Source: Asterionella formosa
Lineage: Eukaryota
Assembly: GCA_002256025.1 (NCBI GenBank)
Contig: NKIB01013477.1
Location: forward strand, 1 to 56,758
Length of the DNA stretch: 56,758 nucleotides
Direction of reading: 5' to 3'
The translations under genes were made by a program, and so were the position numbers. Each line of letters begins with the position of its first letter. Within the stretch, counting starts at the first letter, position 1. This document shows, piece after piece, positions 1 to 12,075 of the stretch. A model generated the notes under the pieces. The model was not told the DNA's origin, did no database searches, and was given only the letters and a program-made list of their open reading frames with translations.

Positions 1-220
1 CTCCGCGACCTGTTTGGTGGGATCCATCCTCGCGACCTGAACTTGATCGGTGAGATCGTTCTCCGCGACCTGTTTGGTGGGATCCATCCTCACGACCTGA
101 ACTTGATCGGTGAGATCGTTCTCCGCGGCTCGTTTGGTGGGATCCATCCTCACGACCTGAACTTGATCGGTGAGATCGTTCTCCGCGGCTCGTTTGGTGG
201 GATCCATCCTCACGACCTGA
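1..220. repeat. 60-bp tandem repeat (>=3.6 copies, truncated by window start), coding on minus strand
   Basis: Lines 1, 61, 121 and 181 are near-identical (ctccgcg...gatccatcctc...gatcgtt). Confidence 0.95.
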
Positions 221-2298
221 TTGTGATCGATGGAGCCTTTCCTCATGGTCCGATCGGTGCGTTACAACGTCGCGACCGGAACTGGACCTGTTAGATTTCC
301 CCCCTTGGTCCAACCGGTGGGATACACCCTCGTGGCCCGATCTTGACTGGTGTAATGCTGACAACGAGTGTTGAGGTTGATCCGAGGTGATGGTTCGCCT
401 CGAAGATGCTAACGACGGGTCATCGTGAAAGCTCCCTATCATTGGTATATCCAACAAGTCAATTTCAACAGTTCGGGGAAACGCTTGTTCGGAATCTATA
501 TGAACTTCATCGACTCTTCGACTGTCAGAGGCTACAGATGGCTGGTCTCCACGGGATTGCAAATGTCGAGACGAAGAAGTCCTCAATGGGTCGTCCCTTC
601 TGGACAAAGACTCTTGTCTCATTAAATGAGGTAATTTGGGTGCATCTTCGATTAGACGTTGAGAAGACAATTGCTGAGAGGAAGTCCTGGATGTCCCAAC
701 TCGTCCACTGCTTGACGTAGATCTAGATTGCTGATTCATGGAGTTGGTTGATGATGACATCGTGAGTCTCTGGGATTCAACGCGCCCTATAGACGATTCG
801 CTCTCACTGGTATCTAACCCTTGATTGGTCGAAGATCGCCTGTTTTCGCCGTCAAGGAGTGACGACTGCGATTCCCCCCTCATCGCAAAAAAGCCATCAC
901 GGAAAGGATCTTCGTCGACAAACACTTCTAAATCGTCATCGAAACGACTTCCTCTATCGAAATTCTCATTATTTGCTACCAGTGGATGCTCCCTTAGCCG
1001 CGCTTTAGACCGGGACAACAGTTCTGTAACTTCAAGTGAAATCTCGTCGTTGCTTTTCATGTCACCGCCAAATCCTAAAAAGTCGTGGTTCGCTGCAACT
1101 TCGCGCCTCTTTCGACGAACATAATACACAAGACCAAAAAATCCCAAGAGCGCCGCCACTGCTAGTCCAACAGTTGCTATTGCAGCCCATTTGAGGGAAT
1201 CGCTTCCCTCGGCAGTGCTTCCCTGCGGTGTGACGATAGGTGTTCCTGATAAGTTCACTGGATCTGGACCCAAGTATTGTGTAAACGTCAAATCCTTAAA
1301 ACTCGTTGACACTAGGTTTTCTTTGTTCAATTGTTCTTGAATGTCCATCAACACAGTGTACTTGGCAACACTTGCGAAACCCCGATCTGATGTCACGTAT
1401 ATTCTCGTTTGTAAGACCCAACATGATTTTGAACCCGGATGAGTTTTGGCGCACGTGGTGGCATCGGATGAAGATTCGTCGCCAGGATAGGCTAATCGAT
1501 GTATCTTGAGATTACTACTGTTTGAGCATTCCAATGCGGCCGCACTGGCATGGTCCAATAGTTGAATTTCCAATTCAGTTACAAAATCCACAGATGTCAG
1601 ACGGGACTCAGCCAAATAGGTAAATACCAACTCGGTATCTATTTGATCTGGGCCATCAACGAAATCGTTACAGGCCTTCTGGTAGCTGTATTTGCTTAGT
1701 GAAAAATTTCCGCCCCCGCTATTAGTTGCTGGAATTCCTGTCCCAGATGATTCTGCTATAGTAGTAGGAAGTGGGCTAGCGGTTGGTGTGCCCGAAGCCG
1801 TTGGAAACCGAGTTGTGCTAGGAAATGGACTCGTGGTAGGGGAAGTTGGATAAGAGGTGCTGGTTGGGTTCGCAATGGTCATGGGAGATATTTGATTTCC
1901 CGGAGCAGTTTCACCTGGATCTCCCGTCACAGATGTTGGTAAAGGACTAGCAGTGGGGGTGCTGCTCGCCGTGGGAAAATACGAAGTCGACGGCAAACTA
2001 GTCACTGTGGGAAAATATGTCGGGTTTACTTCCAGCTTACCGTTCTACACGTGCAATAAGAGCATGAGGAAATGAGGTTTGTTCTTGATTTGATGGGAAC
2101 AATACGAATTAAATCGTCAGGTTTCTTTCCACTCACCGCTTGTTTTCCACCGGGAATACCTCTGCTAGGCACCAAAGTTGACGTTGGGTAGGGGCTTTGC
2201 GTTGGTGTCCCACTTGCTGTCGGATACATTGTTGCAGATGGCCACGGTGAAGCAGTGGGTACTATAAATTCGGCTGGGCTAGATCCGGTGTTGCTCAT
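1..2298 (-). CDS. Single-pass membrane protein with Pro/Thr/Ser-rich (PT-repeat) ectodomain and Arg/Ser-rich repetitive cytoplasmic tail; 3' end runs off the window, true start may lie further upstream
   Basis: ORF 2298..2137 (PTASPWPSATMYPT...) joins through a GTGAGT..TAG intron (2136-2045) to a frame reading NGKLEVNPTYFPTVTSLPSTSYFPT... A TM helix LKWAAIATVGLAVAALLGFFGLVYYVRRKR lies at ~1195-1106. The tail contains SGREDGSHQTSRGERSHRSS repeats. Confidence 0.7.
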
Positions 2299-3253
2299 CC
2301 TCTCAACTTTCGAGGAAGCGACTCCAAAGCTCTCCGCAAAGGTGTACTAATCCGAATTCCACTTTTATTCTCTCACGATCATTCACTGTAAAGACTTAAT
2401 CAAGAGAGAAGAAGTTCTTTGATGATGGTACTTGGTGCGCTTCGGTTTCAAGTGTTCTTTTGCGGTGTCCTAAGTATGATGAAGCGCTTTGTAGTATGGT
2501 TTCAATGGCGTTGGGGCATTCCTCTCTTGAACAAATTTATATGACGGCCTTGATGGTGTGCTGCTTGCATTCTATTCATTTTTGCGTATACTACATATCC
2601 CGAATGTAACACAAATATGTACCGTACATTTTATGCATGCATGCAAAGTACAATACGTCCAAGTCATTAGTAACTCAACGGTCGTGCAAAATTATGACAC
2701 GATATTCCGAATACATATATTCATCCCCTATTATATGAATGTGCACGACTTGTAGGAGATCTATTTAGATATACAAGTATGATTACTCAAATCAACCCGT
2801 ATAAATGGACTGTATGCGCCGATACATACTTTGTGCAATAGACTACCGGTATGTACCGGCATATGTAGCGGGGATAGATGAGATCTCAGAGATTTGCGTT
2901 CACACATATTTCCAGAGTAGGTTGTTGGGTAACGGTACGATGCTGAGTTAAATATTATGAAATTTCCTTAACCTGTATGACATGGCGCGCGCTCTAAACA
3001 TGTGCAGCCGACACGGTCTGATATACCGATATGGAGATCCCGGCAACGAGTGGATGGATTAATAACAAGTAAACATACCGCAATACGTACATGACACTCG
3101 CATTGCTCTCATGAAGAGTTGTTATTTAGCAGACGAACCAGTATTTCACGGAATAGGCGTCACTCAGTTGCCACGGCGACTGTCTGCGTCTTCTTTGAGT
3201 TCTTCATGATACATGCTGTACATAGGCCATCGAATGTAGCAACGCCCTGACAC

Positions 3254-4120
3254 TCAAGAAAAATCAACAATCTGGTTCAAGCATACCTTGTTGAAAATAG
3301 GTAGCCATTTCCGAGCAATTGTTACTCGGTGGCGTGGTAGTCGCAGGTCTGGCTCCATGTCTCCCGTAATCATAGACGCGGGAGATATATGAAGGGTTCG
3401 CTTTCCTCGAAATGGTCGTTTGTCGCATTGTTCCACTGTCATATCAATTCCACTTAACGCTTTCGTTCCGGAGAGAACTTCTCGTTTGGAAATAATTCTA
3501 AATTGGTTTGATCTGAATAGATTAAGCAGGCCAAGGGTGTCGGTCCAAAAAGAAGTCTGATTCGTTCTAACATATTTGCGGGCATCCTCAACGAGTCCTT
3601 TAGATATTTCTATCCAGGCTTCTGCGGATCCAGAGGCGAGGTTGACTGCAAAGATGTCATAGATAGTAAACGCGCCATCGAAGGGGAGCACTACCCCATC
3701 CCTGCGAAAGTCACTGATTGGGAATGAGTCAAAATCAGACAAGAAACCGCCACCTACGGCTCCCATGACAAAATGTTTCATAAAACTAATTTCTCCCAAA
3801 TTGTCCAAATTCAATAGTGTCAAATTACGAAGGAATACCTCATATTCTGGGTGATCCATGGCATCCGCTCGAGTTAGGATTCGAGGCTCCCATCCAGCCA
3901 ACGACCACGCCAGCTTCCAGAACTGCAACAAATTGTCCTCATCTTTATCATCCATGTCAGTAAAACGATTTTCAGCGGATATTCTCTCGAAAAATGTGTA
4001 AATCACTGGTCGTTTCTCTTGCGAGACTTGCGGAAGTCCATGATCTTCCCACGACGCCTTTGCAAGGCGGACGACGAGTAGCAATACCAAAAGACTTCGC
4101 AGTAAGCACTCCATCGTCAT
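3254..4120 (-). CDS. Secreted/membrane-anchored uncharacterised protein, putative glycosyltransferase-like (DxD motif)
   Basis: 288-aa ORF with a hydrophobic N-terminus and motifs W..AW..AGWEP, GGGFLSDFDSFP. Paralogous to the neighbouring gene. Confidence 0.75.
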   Translation of the reverse strand: MTMECLLRSLLVLLLVVRLAKASWEDHGLPQVSQEKRPVIYTFFERISAENRFTDMDDKDEDNLLQFWKLAWSLAGWEPRILTRADAMDHPEYEVFLRNLTLLNLDNLGEISFMKHFVMGAVGGGFLSDFDSFPISDFRRDGVVLPFDGAFTIYDIFAVNLASGSAEAWIEISKGLVEDARKYVRTNQTSFWTDTLGLLNLFRSNQFRIISKREVLSGTKALSGIDMTVEQCDKRPFRGKRTLHISPASMITGDMEPDLRLPRHRVTIARKWLPIFNKVCLNQIVDFS

Positions 4121-4649
4121 TCAGTCGCTTGTGTTTGCATCACGAATACGGGGTTATCCTAGGGATGATGAAGTGATGCCAAGGACTGTTGTAAGTGGTG
4201 ACTGTCATGTATGTAGTATATCGGGGGCTTCGTCAACAGGGATGATGCTGTCATAATTTCTGCACCATACTCTCATATGTGTAGCAATCCACGAAGGATG
4301 TGACGCATGATACATACCGTCCCCATAGTAGTAGATTCAAATTAGCTCTACCCGGTATTTGTATACCTGTAATACGGAAAATACTACAGACCAAATATCA
4401 GGCATTATTATTTGTTTAATTTACCCAAGATAAGTGAGGTGGGATATAAGCTTCTTGATGATGGCAGCATCCTAGTAAAAACTTAAGAAACGCCAAAGCC
4501 AGATGCAACAACGCCAGAAGTCCAGCCAGTATTACTGACGACCTACTTTCAGGTCATGCCTTGAATTCTACATCAAACCATAGCTCGCAACACTAAAGAA
4601 GTTACCTTGTTGCAGTCGATATCTTAATAGAATAATCGCAAAAAAGTGA

Positions 4650-5836
4650 TCACGTGTTTGGAACTTGGGATATTGGACAATTTGCATGCCACATAATCAA
4701 GAATTTCCTTGCAATAGTTCCTCGATGAATGGCTCCTCGATACACTTGCTTCCCTTCTGTTACAGCTCGATGCGAAAAATGAATCGCTCGCATGTCTTTT
4801 GTCATTTCGCAGTCCTCCGGCAAAAAGTCGTGACCAACCAGCAATGCCTGTTCCCCACCCAAGACTTGGAACCTTTGAATGTACATATCATCGCTAACTT
4901 TCTCGTATAAATCTTTCAAAGCCATCATGTCAGACCATGGAACTTTATTCTTGTAATGTTCCTTCTCTGAATTTTTGTTGATATACTTTTGCCGATATAC
5001 TGCCTTGTGGATTGATTCTCCGATGCGTTTAGCGATTCTAAAATATTCTCTTTTCTTTTGAGGAATTTATGAATGAGAATTTGGGTTTTAGATGATGAAA
5101 CGGACTCTCAAAGCACAGCGAAAACGAATCACTTACGTTTCCAGATACCAAACTAGGAACAAAGCCATTGTAAACAGTAAACATACCATTGTACGGTAAG
5201 TCTCGACCGTGATAGAGGAAGTGATTTAATGGAAAAGTGTCATAGTCACTACCGGTATACACACAAGCACACACAGAGTACATGATGGTTAGCGCAAATG
5301 GTGAACCCAAAACATGGACGCGGCCGAAAACGGCAAGCGCTACAATAAATGAAATCAACTTACGACATCCATCCACCTCCGACGGCACTCATGGCCATGT
5401 AACGTATATAACATTGCATATTGTATTCCCCGATAAAATCTGGGTCTACAATCAGATCAATCATCTCATCATATTCTGGCAATAACATTGCATCCTGTTG
5501 AGTAATAATCAAAGGTTCCCAGCCGGCGTCCCACCATGCTTTTTTCCAATTTTCTAACAAGTCAGCGTCGGCTTCATTCGTCATATCTGTCTTGGCCTTT
5601 TCATAGTATGTGTGCATCTTGGGTCGAGGAGGTTCCTCTAGCAACAATCTACCAGAAGGCACATTGTGTACAGGAGGGTCGTCTAGCAACAATCGACCAG
5701 AAGGCATATTGTGTACAGATATAAGATTGTCGTTTCGACTGTAGTTGTAGGCTTTCAAGTTCAGCGAAAGGCTTGCCAAAACGAGCGACACGCGCATGGA
5801 TCGCCTTACAAATCGACAATAATCAAATGGGTGCAT
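4650..5836 (-). CDS. Paralogue of 3254-4120, putative glycosyltransferase-like, 3 exons
   Basis: Exon 5836-5364 (WKKAWWDAGWEP...GGGWMS), intron 5363-5249, exon 5248-5137 (DYDTFP...VSGN), intron from GTAAGT at 5136 to ~5056, last exon to stop at 4650 (AIHFSH). The spliced product aligns motif by motif with the adjacent gene. Confidence 0.75.
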
Positions 5837-6616
5837 TGTGCGGTGGTGAAGAGTACAGTTTCGAAGGAGGGAAACAGAATTGATGCAACTATCCCGCTCT
5901 CACCAAAACAGAGGATTCAAAAATATTGTTCCAACAATCGTGATTATTTGCATTCCTATGAAATGTATTTTCCGCGTTATGGAGTACCTGGTACCTGGTA
6001 CCAGTACTCCTGCCTGCTGAGATTGCTTCTACCTAATGTATATGTACATATCAGGATAGCATTCCAACAAAATCATATATATACCGTATACATATGTCCG
6101 GTATGCCCGATAAATCATTTTGAAAATGATCCCGGTATTATGTAGGCAGCATGTGGTATGGATGACTCTTCATATATCCATGATGACCAGCGGGGGAATG
6201 CTCCTTGGTCTTGAATACCGTTATGTTTACAGTAGCATTATGAGCATGTAGACTCGTCTACCAGCAGATAATGAACACACATATTCATATAATAGCTAAT
6301 ATAACAAAAGCATACCGGTATGTGCATCACATAAATGAATACCGGTATAAAGGCACAAATGAACAGATAAACGGTACCTGTACATGATTTCTAGTCAGAA
6401 ATTTCCTACATGAATGTCTGTAGAGATACAAAGCAAGAACATAACAACAATAATGTGTACCGGTATGTACCTTTTATCCATAAATATACGAACACAGAGA
6501 GTTCATGGTAAGTATGAATACCTGTACATACAAGCAAGAATTTAAGCAACTAGATGTAGGGCCATTCCGGACTTCGACAACGTCACTCTTGCCCCTTTGT
6601 ATGTCCATAATTGTGG

Positions 6617-6718
6617 GTACCTGCAAGTTGCGGTCATTTTGCTTAAACTGACATTTTAATCTGGGACAAAGGTAGCTAAATCTTTAGTTTCTGCAAATTT
6701 ACCGCAACTTGCTGGTAC
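6617..6718. mobile_element. ~100-bp MITE-like element with ~26-bp terminal inverted repeats
   Basis: gtacctgcaagttgcggtcattttgc (6617) versus the reverse complement of gcaaatttaccgcaacttgctggtac (to 6718). A related copy is at ~34775. Confidence 0.6.
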
Positions 6719-6767
6719 TGTACTTTAGAATGTCCACGTAATTGATACTGTGTCGACGTGTCGACCA

Positions 6768-6897
6768 GAGTTTCATTTTACTCTTGCTTCTATCGGTATT
6801 TATGCCCACAGTGGTACATCCCTGACAAACACCTGAGTTTCATTTTACTCTTGCTTCTATAGGTATTTGTGCCTACAGTGGTACATGCATGACAGAT
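6768..6897. repeat. Two imperfect tandem copies of a ~67-bp unit
   Basis: gagtttcattttactcttgcttctat(c/a)ggtattt(a/g)tgcc(c/t)acagtggtacat occurs twice. Confidence 0.85.
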
Positions 6898-7258
6898 GTA
6901 CCGGTACCTGGTACCTACTACTCCGAGCACCGGCAGTGGCTTCTTCATCACATTATGCCTGTAGGGACCGGTAGTGCCTGCGGTGCTACCGGTACAAAAT
7001 ATACGGGTGGATCGGCGCAGAGCAGCACCAATAATACCGCAAGCCCGGTACAGCTACCTCGTACCTGGTGCCAGGTACCGTGTATTAACATAATTCTGTT
7101 GTTCGACTTCTTTGCAAACTCATGGTGATTCTTCCCTTCACCCTTATTCGTCATCAGTGCATTGCATCTTATTAATTTTTTGACTGAACTACTTGGCAGA
7201 CGTTACGACTTGATCCCATTGAACCGAACTGCATTTGACGGAGTTGCAACTGAGAATA

Positions 7259-9254
7259 ATGTCGGGCCAACGAAGTTCTTCCGGAGGAGGAGCGGCAGAA
7301 TCCGTGGCTGCCGGATGTGCTTTACGAGAGACAGCACAACGTCCCACCAGGTCTTTGAGAATCCAAGATGAAGGATTAGCGGTGTTTTCATGGGGGCGAG
7401 GCGAGGATGGGCAGCTTGGACTTGGCGATACGAGGTATGTACATTAGCAGCACCGTTGTCGTCCGTTCTGGTATTGCGCCACGTAGGATGCACGACTGCT
7501 GGGCAAAACGTCTTGCTAAATACATCTACATACAAATTATCCTTTCTAACACCTCGAATCGCTTGATCAGTGATCAAGATGAACCTACCTATGTTGATGC
7601 GTTGCGTGGAGTTGGAGTTCGACAAATTGCATGTGGGTCCGGCCACACGGTTGTGCTAACTACCGAAGGCGAGGTTTATACCTGGGGTCGAGGTGACGAT
7701 GGGCGTCTTGGTCATGGTGATAATGGCTGGAAGTATGTCCCTCGTATTACTCAAAGCTTAGCAGGTCAAGTGGTATGTCAAGTCACGTGTGGGAGCTATC
7801 ATACTGCAGCTGTCACAGGAAATGGTGATTTATATACCTGGTACGAGACCATTTTGTTGCCGTTTGTTTCCTTCTCGTTGCCTCTCTAATCATCTTGTAA
7901 TTCTTGCAAATGTTGGAAAAGGGGTGGAGGAATGTATGGAAAATTAGGACATGGCAATGAATCAGGACATTCAAATCCAAAACGTGTCGAAGGATTGGCT
8001 GGATTAGTTGTTTCGCAAATTGCGTGCGGCAGTCGACATACTGCCGTTATTACTTCAACAGGTGCCATGTATACATGGGGCGACAAGGAAAACGGTGTAG
8101 CTGGACATGGTGATGTTGAGGGACATCAGTACACGCCAAAATTGTTGGAGCGATTAGCGGGCAAGAGAATTGTTCAATTGAGTGCATGCGGCTTCCATAC
8201 CGGTTGTTTGACAGATAATGCAGAACTCTTTACGTGGGGTGAAGGTAAATTTGGCCGATTGGGTCATGGGGCTGAGAGAAATTGCCATTCACCTAGATTG
8301 GTGGAATCTCTGTTGGGTAAGAGACCAAAGCAAGTTGCTTGTGGAGGTTTTCATACAGCGGTTATTACCGAAGAAGGAAGAATGTACACATTTGGAGGTG
8401 GTGAGCACGGTCAGCTGGGACATGGTGATCGGGTCAACAAAGTCAAACCGACGATAGTTCAAGCACTGGAAGGGATCTTCGTTTCACAAATTACATGCGG
8501 ATGGTCACATTCTGTGGCATTGACATCGAAAGGACTTGTGTATACATGGGGCAATGGTGACCATGGAAAGCTAGGACATGGCTCTGGGCGAAAGGTTTCT
8601 CTGCCACAAATAGTGGAGAAGCTCAAGGATCATCGAGTGGTTCGTGTGGCATCATACAATGAGCACACGGCTGCTCTGGTAGAACCCTTTGATCACTGCC
8701 CCAGCCTAGGTGGTGGAGTCAATGCCATCCCGGTTTCAACAGCCTACTCATCACAAATGCGAGCATTAGTCAATGATGAAGAATTTTCCGACGTCACTTT
8801 TGTGGTCGAAGATCAACCAATCTATGCTCATCGAGCTATATTGGCGCAACGATGTGAACACTTTGCTGCAATGTTCCGATCTGGCTTTCGAGAGAGCACG
8901 GAAAAGGAAGTATCCATTCCCAACATCGCGAGACCTGTATTCCTTCTGCTCTTGGAGTATATTTATACTGATTCTGTCAAGGTTGAATTGGAGCATGCCA
9001 TTGATCTTTACATTGCTTCTGATCAATACCAACTTGAGAGACTTCGTGAAATGTGCTGCACAGTTGTTCGTAGGAACCTGAATGCTGAGAACGCTGCAAT
9101 TCTTTTACAAAGTGCTTCCGAATCTCACTGCCAAGTTTTGAAGGAAACGTGTATGAACTACATTGTTGATAACTTTGACATTGTCTCCAAGACAGATGGC
9201 ATCAAGCAACTTAGCCACCATCTCCTTTTAGAAATCCTTTCAATGCGGCCATAG
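7259..9254 (+). CDS. RCC1-repeat and BTB/POZ domain protein (RCBTB-like), 3 exons
   Basis: ATG 7259; introns 7435-7570 and 7841-7921 splice in frame. Multiple RCC1 repeats (QIACGxxHT, YTWGxGxxGxLGHG). C-terminal BTB (FSDVTFVVE...AHRAILAQRCEHFAAMF). Confidence 0.92.
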
Positions 9255-9442
9255 GAAGAGGACAATCCAAATTGCGTTAATTGTACAACACCCTTCCACC
9301 TCCTAGAACACTTACTATCCTGAAAATAAAACCACGATGTTAATCTCGTTTTTATATTGTATAGATTCTATTTTACAGTTCTGCTTTTGATTTCACATAT
9401 TTCCTCCCCGGTTCGCGATAAACCTCAGGCACAATTGATTTT

Positions 9443-10933
9443 TCATTTCCTCACGTGGTTGTTGTTGACACCGTTCCTTGCTGAAGCCGATTTGGCTCCT
9501 TTCGAATCCTGGAGATGAGTTGAACGTAGCAATTCAGACAGAAAATCCATCGTAGTTCGAGTTTTGTTCAAAACTTCATCCTGTGGTTCTAATGTTCGGC
9601 ATTGAAGGGCATATGCATCTCTTGTCAAGTCGAATGCACCCTGTAGGTCACCCATTTTTTCATACAGCACATTCAACTTTGTCAATGTTTGATAGCATTC
9701 TATATCGTAAACTTTTAAGGACAACTGCGCTTGCAGCATTTCATGATAAGTTTCCAACCCCAGAGAATACTCCTTTTTCTTCGAGTAAGAAAAAGCTAAA
9801 TTGTCCAAGGTCGCAACGACCAATGGATGCGTCAACCCGAAGACTTCTCGTTGCATTTCCAAAGCTTTTGAAAATGAGAGGATTGCAAACTGGTATCTCT
9901 TTCGCTTGAGTTGCACTGATCCAATATTACACAAAGCCTCTGAGGCGGAAGCCAACCATTTCCTCTTGTTAATGCATCGTGCTACCAATGATTGGTAAAT
10001 TCCAAGAGCATCCTCAAAGTGACCCAGTGCCGCCAAATAGTTTCCGGTAGAAAAGTAAAGGCACGCTAGCTGGGATTGCATCATGGCTACCATCTCGTGG
10101 TCTTCACCGAGATGGCGAATCGTCAGTTTGATGGCATTCCGAAACGAACGATGGGCATCGTCTATCTGCTGCAAATTCACTTGACAGGTTCCTAGCTTGG
10201 CCAGGACTGTTGCAACCTGCAAGTTATCGTGTCCAAAGAGGTCAGTTTTCAATTGCAATGTTTCTGAAAAAATCTTTGTAGCTCGTTCGTATTTGAGCAG
10301 ATAGGCTAGCAAATCGCCAAGTTTCTCGCACGCATCAGCAACACTTGCATGGTACGGACCGTATTTCTCAATTTGATTGTGCAATACTGCTTCATAGACA
10401 GAAAGGGCAGAGTTCCAGTCTCCTCTCTGGATACAATCATCAGCCAGAGAATACATGCTGGCACCATCTTGTGCCGTGGCGAGAACAGGCTCTGATTGGG
10501 TGCGGGAGATCCGACAAGGTCTGTTATCAGTGGAGTGCGGCTTCCGTGGCGGAAGGGCACGGTGAGACTTGATTGGTTGTTTGTTATTTCCAGAAGATAA
10601 TTCATTGTGGACCAATATCTTGCTTCGTTCATAACCTACTAAAGTTTTGGAGTCACCAACACGCTCAACCCCTGTGGCGCTCTGTTGACTAAATGGTGGT
10701 GGTGGCATCCGCGAGTCGTTCATGCGATTTTTTAAACAACCGACCACGTGTTCGTCTGACGGCGGCTTGATTCCTTCGTGCAGGATACCTTGAGCTACTG
10801 ATGTTGGACTTTGCTCTTCCTCGCCTTCAATTACAGGAGCAAACTTCGCCCTCGATCTATCTCTGGTCCGACAGTGGTGTTGTGGAAGCACGCGCAGCGA
10901 CAACGGCGGCTTCGGAGGAGGAGTTTTCTTCAT
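9443..10933 (-). CDS. TPR-repeat protein (kinesin light chain/nephrocystin-3-like repeats) with disordered N-terminus
   Basis: 496-aa ORF with repeated G..H..VA....LG/LA helical-pair pattern. Confidence 0.85.
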   Translation of the reverse strand: MKKTPPPKPPLSLRVLPQHHCRTRDRSRAKFAPVIEGEEEQSPTSVAQGILHEGIKPPSDEHVVGCLKNRMNDSRMPPPPFSQQSATGVERVGDSKTLVGYERSKILVHNELSSGNNKQPIKSHRALPPRKPHSTDNRPCRISRTQSEPVLATAQDGASMYSLADDCIQRGDWNSALSVYEAVLHNQIEKYGPYHASVADACEKLGDLLAYLLKYERATKIFSETLQLKTDLFGHDNLQVATVLAKLGTCQVNLQQIDDAHRSFRNAIKLTIRHLGEDHEMVAMMQSQLACLYFSTGNYLAALGHFEDALGIYQSLVARCINKRKWLASASEALCNIGSVQLKRKRYQFAILSFSKALEMQREVFGLTHPLVVATLDNLAFSYSKKKEYSLGLETYHEMLQAQLSLKVYDIECYQTLTKLNVLYEKMGDLQGAFDLTRDAYALQCRTLEPQDEVLNKTRTTMDFLSELLRSTHLQDSKGAKSASARNGVNNNHVRK

Positions 10934-11535
10934 CTACTTTCTGCGCCGCCTCTTCTTTTGAATTCTAGAGACACCTCTTTGATATCATGCAGGAAGGAAG
11001 GAAAGTCAAACTGCGGTGTTGCGGCGGATTCAATACAGCGACGATTTATAGATGTGAGGGCCAATTGTAGTATACATTTATGTGGCTTTTTCATGATGCT
11101 TGTTGCGATTACCGATATACCGGTAAATCGGTAGGTAAATCAGTAAATCAGTGGTGAAAATTTGTATAAATGTATGTACAGCCCTTCACTACATGTATGA
11201 ATCATACAGTCTCCTGGACTTACAAGACGGAGTACCGAGTACTCCGATTACCAGGTACTCATATAGACACTCACTCTTCCTATGTTTTTAGAATACCGGA
11301 CGGAAGCAATGGATCTGCCTACGTACCTGGTACCTGGTACCATAATTCGACGACGACGCGAGTACGATCTTGTGACATACGGAATATGCAGTTCATTCGA
11401 TACGCACGTGAATCAAAAATAATATACCGGTATACTATTGTACTCCTAATATATTCATTCTCTATTATATATCAGGAAAGAACGCCGACAGCATTCGGCA
11501 TTTCCTTCCATCTCATCATCATATATACAGTACTG

Positions 11536-11643
11536 GTACCAGGTACATACATCAGTCAAGCGGTACCTGGTACCTGGTACCAGGGTACCGTACCAGGTAC
11601 ATACATCAGTCAAGCGGTACCTGGTACCTGGTACCAGGGTACC
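11536..11643. repeat. 54-bp perfect tandem duplication built from GTACCWGGTAC motifs
   Basis: gtaccaggtacatacatcagtcaagcggtacctggtacctggtaccagggtacc occurs twice. Confidence 0.9.
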
Positions 11644-11956
11644 TGGTAGGAGTGCCTCGTTGTCTACAAGGAGGAATACCTGGTACTCCGTACCTGGTAC
11701 CAGCAGCAGTGAACTATCTTAGCTGTGCATGGTGCTTTGTACAGCTGTACCTCAACCCCGAAGATACAAATTGCGAGGTCCGTTTTTTCCCAAACTATTT
11801 TTATGATGGACGTCAATCCACACATCACGTAGACGTAAATAAAATAGTTGAAGGTAAAATTAGCTTTCACCATTACGACCACTTTTCATATGCTTAAATA
11901 CTGTCATTGCTCGACTTAAGGTTATAATCTATATACAGATATGGTAAGGACCCCAT

Positions 11957-12075
11957 TTCTGGAGAGAAGTGGCAGTTATGTATCATAGATTCGTTACTAC
12001 CGCAAATAGTCAAAAAGAGGGGCAATGAAGCTTTTCAAAAAATCTACGATACATAACTGCCACTTCTCTCCAGAA
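11957..12075. repeat. Inverted repeat, 35-bp arms with 1 mismatch, 49-nt spacer
   Basis: ttctggagagaagtggcagttatgtatcatagatt (11957-11991) versus aatctacgatacataactgccacttctctccagaa (12041-12075). Confidence 0.9.

Noticed and set aside
1..220. 60-bp repeats as a CRISPR array
   Set aside because: Contiguous tandem units with no unique spacers, in frame within a eukaryotic CDS, and no cas genes.
11170..11897. ORFs rich in VPGT/WYQV peptides (also 23376-23597, 32109-32363, 53325-53829)
   Set aside because: Translation artefacts of the stop-poor GTACCWG arrays.
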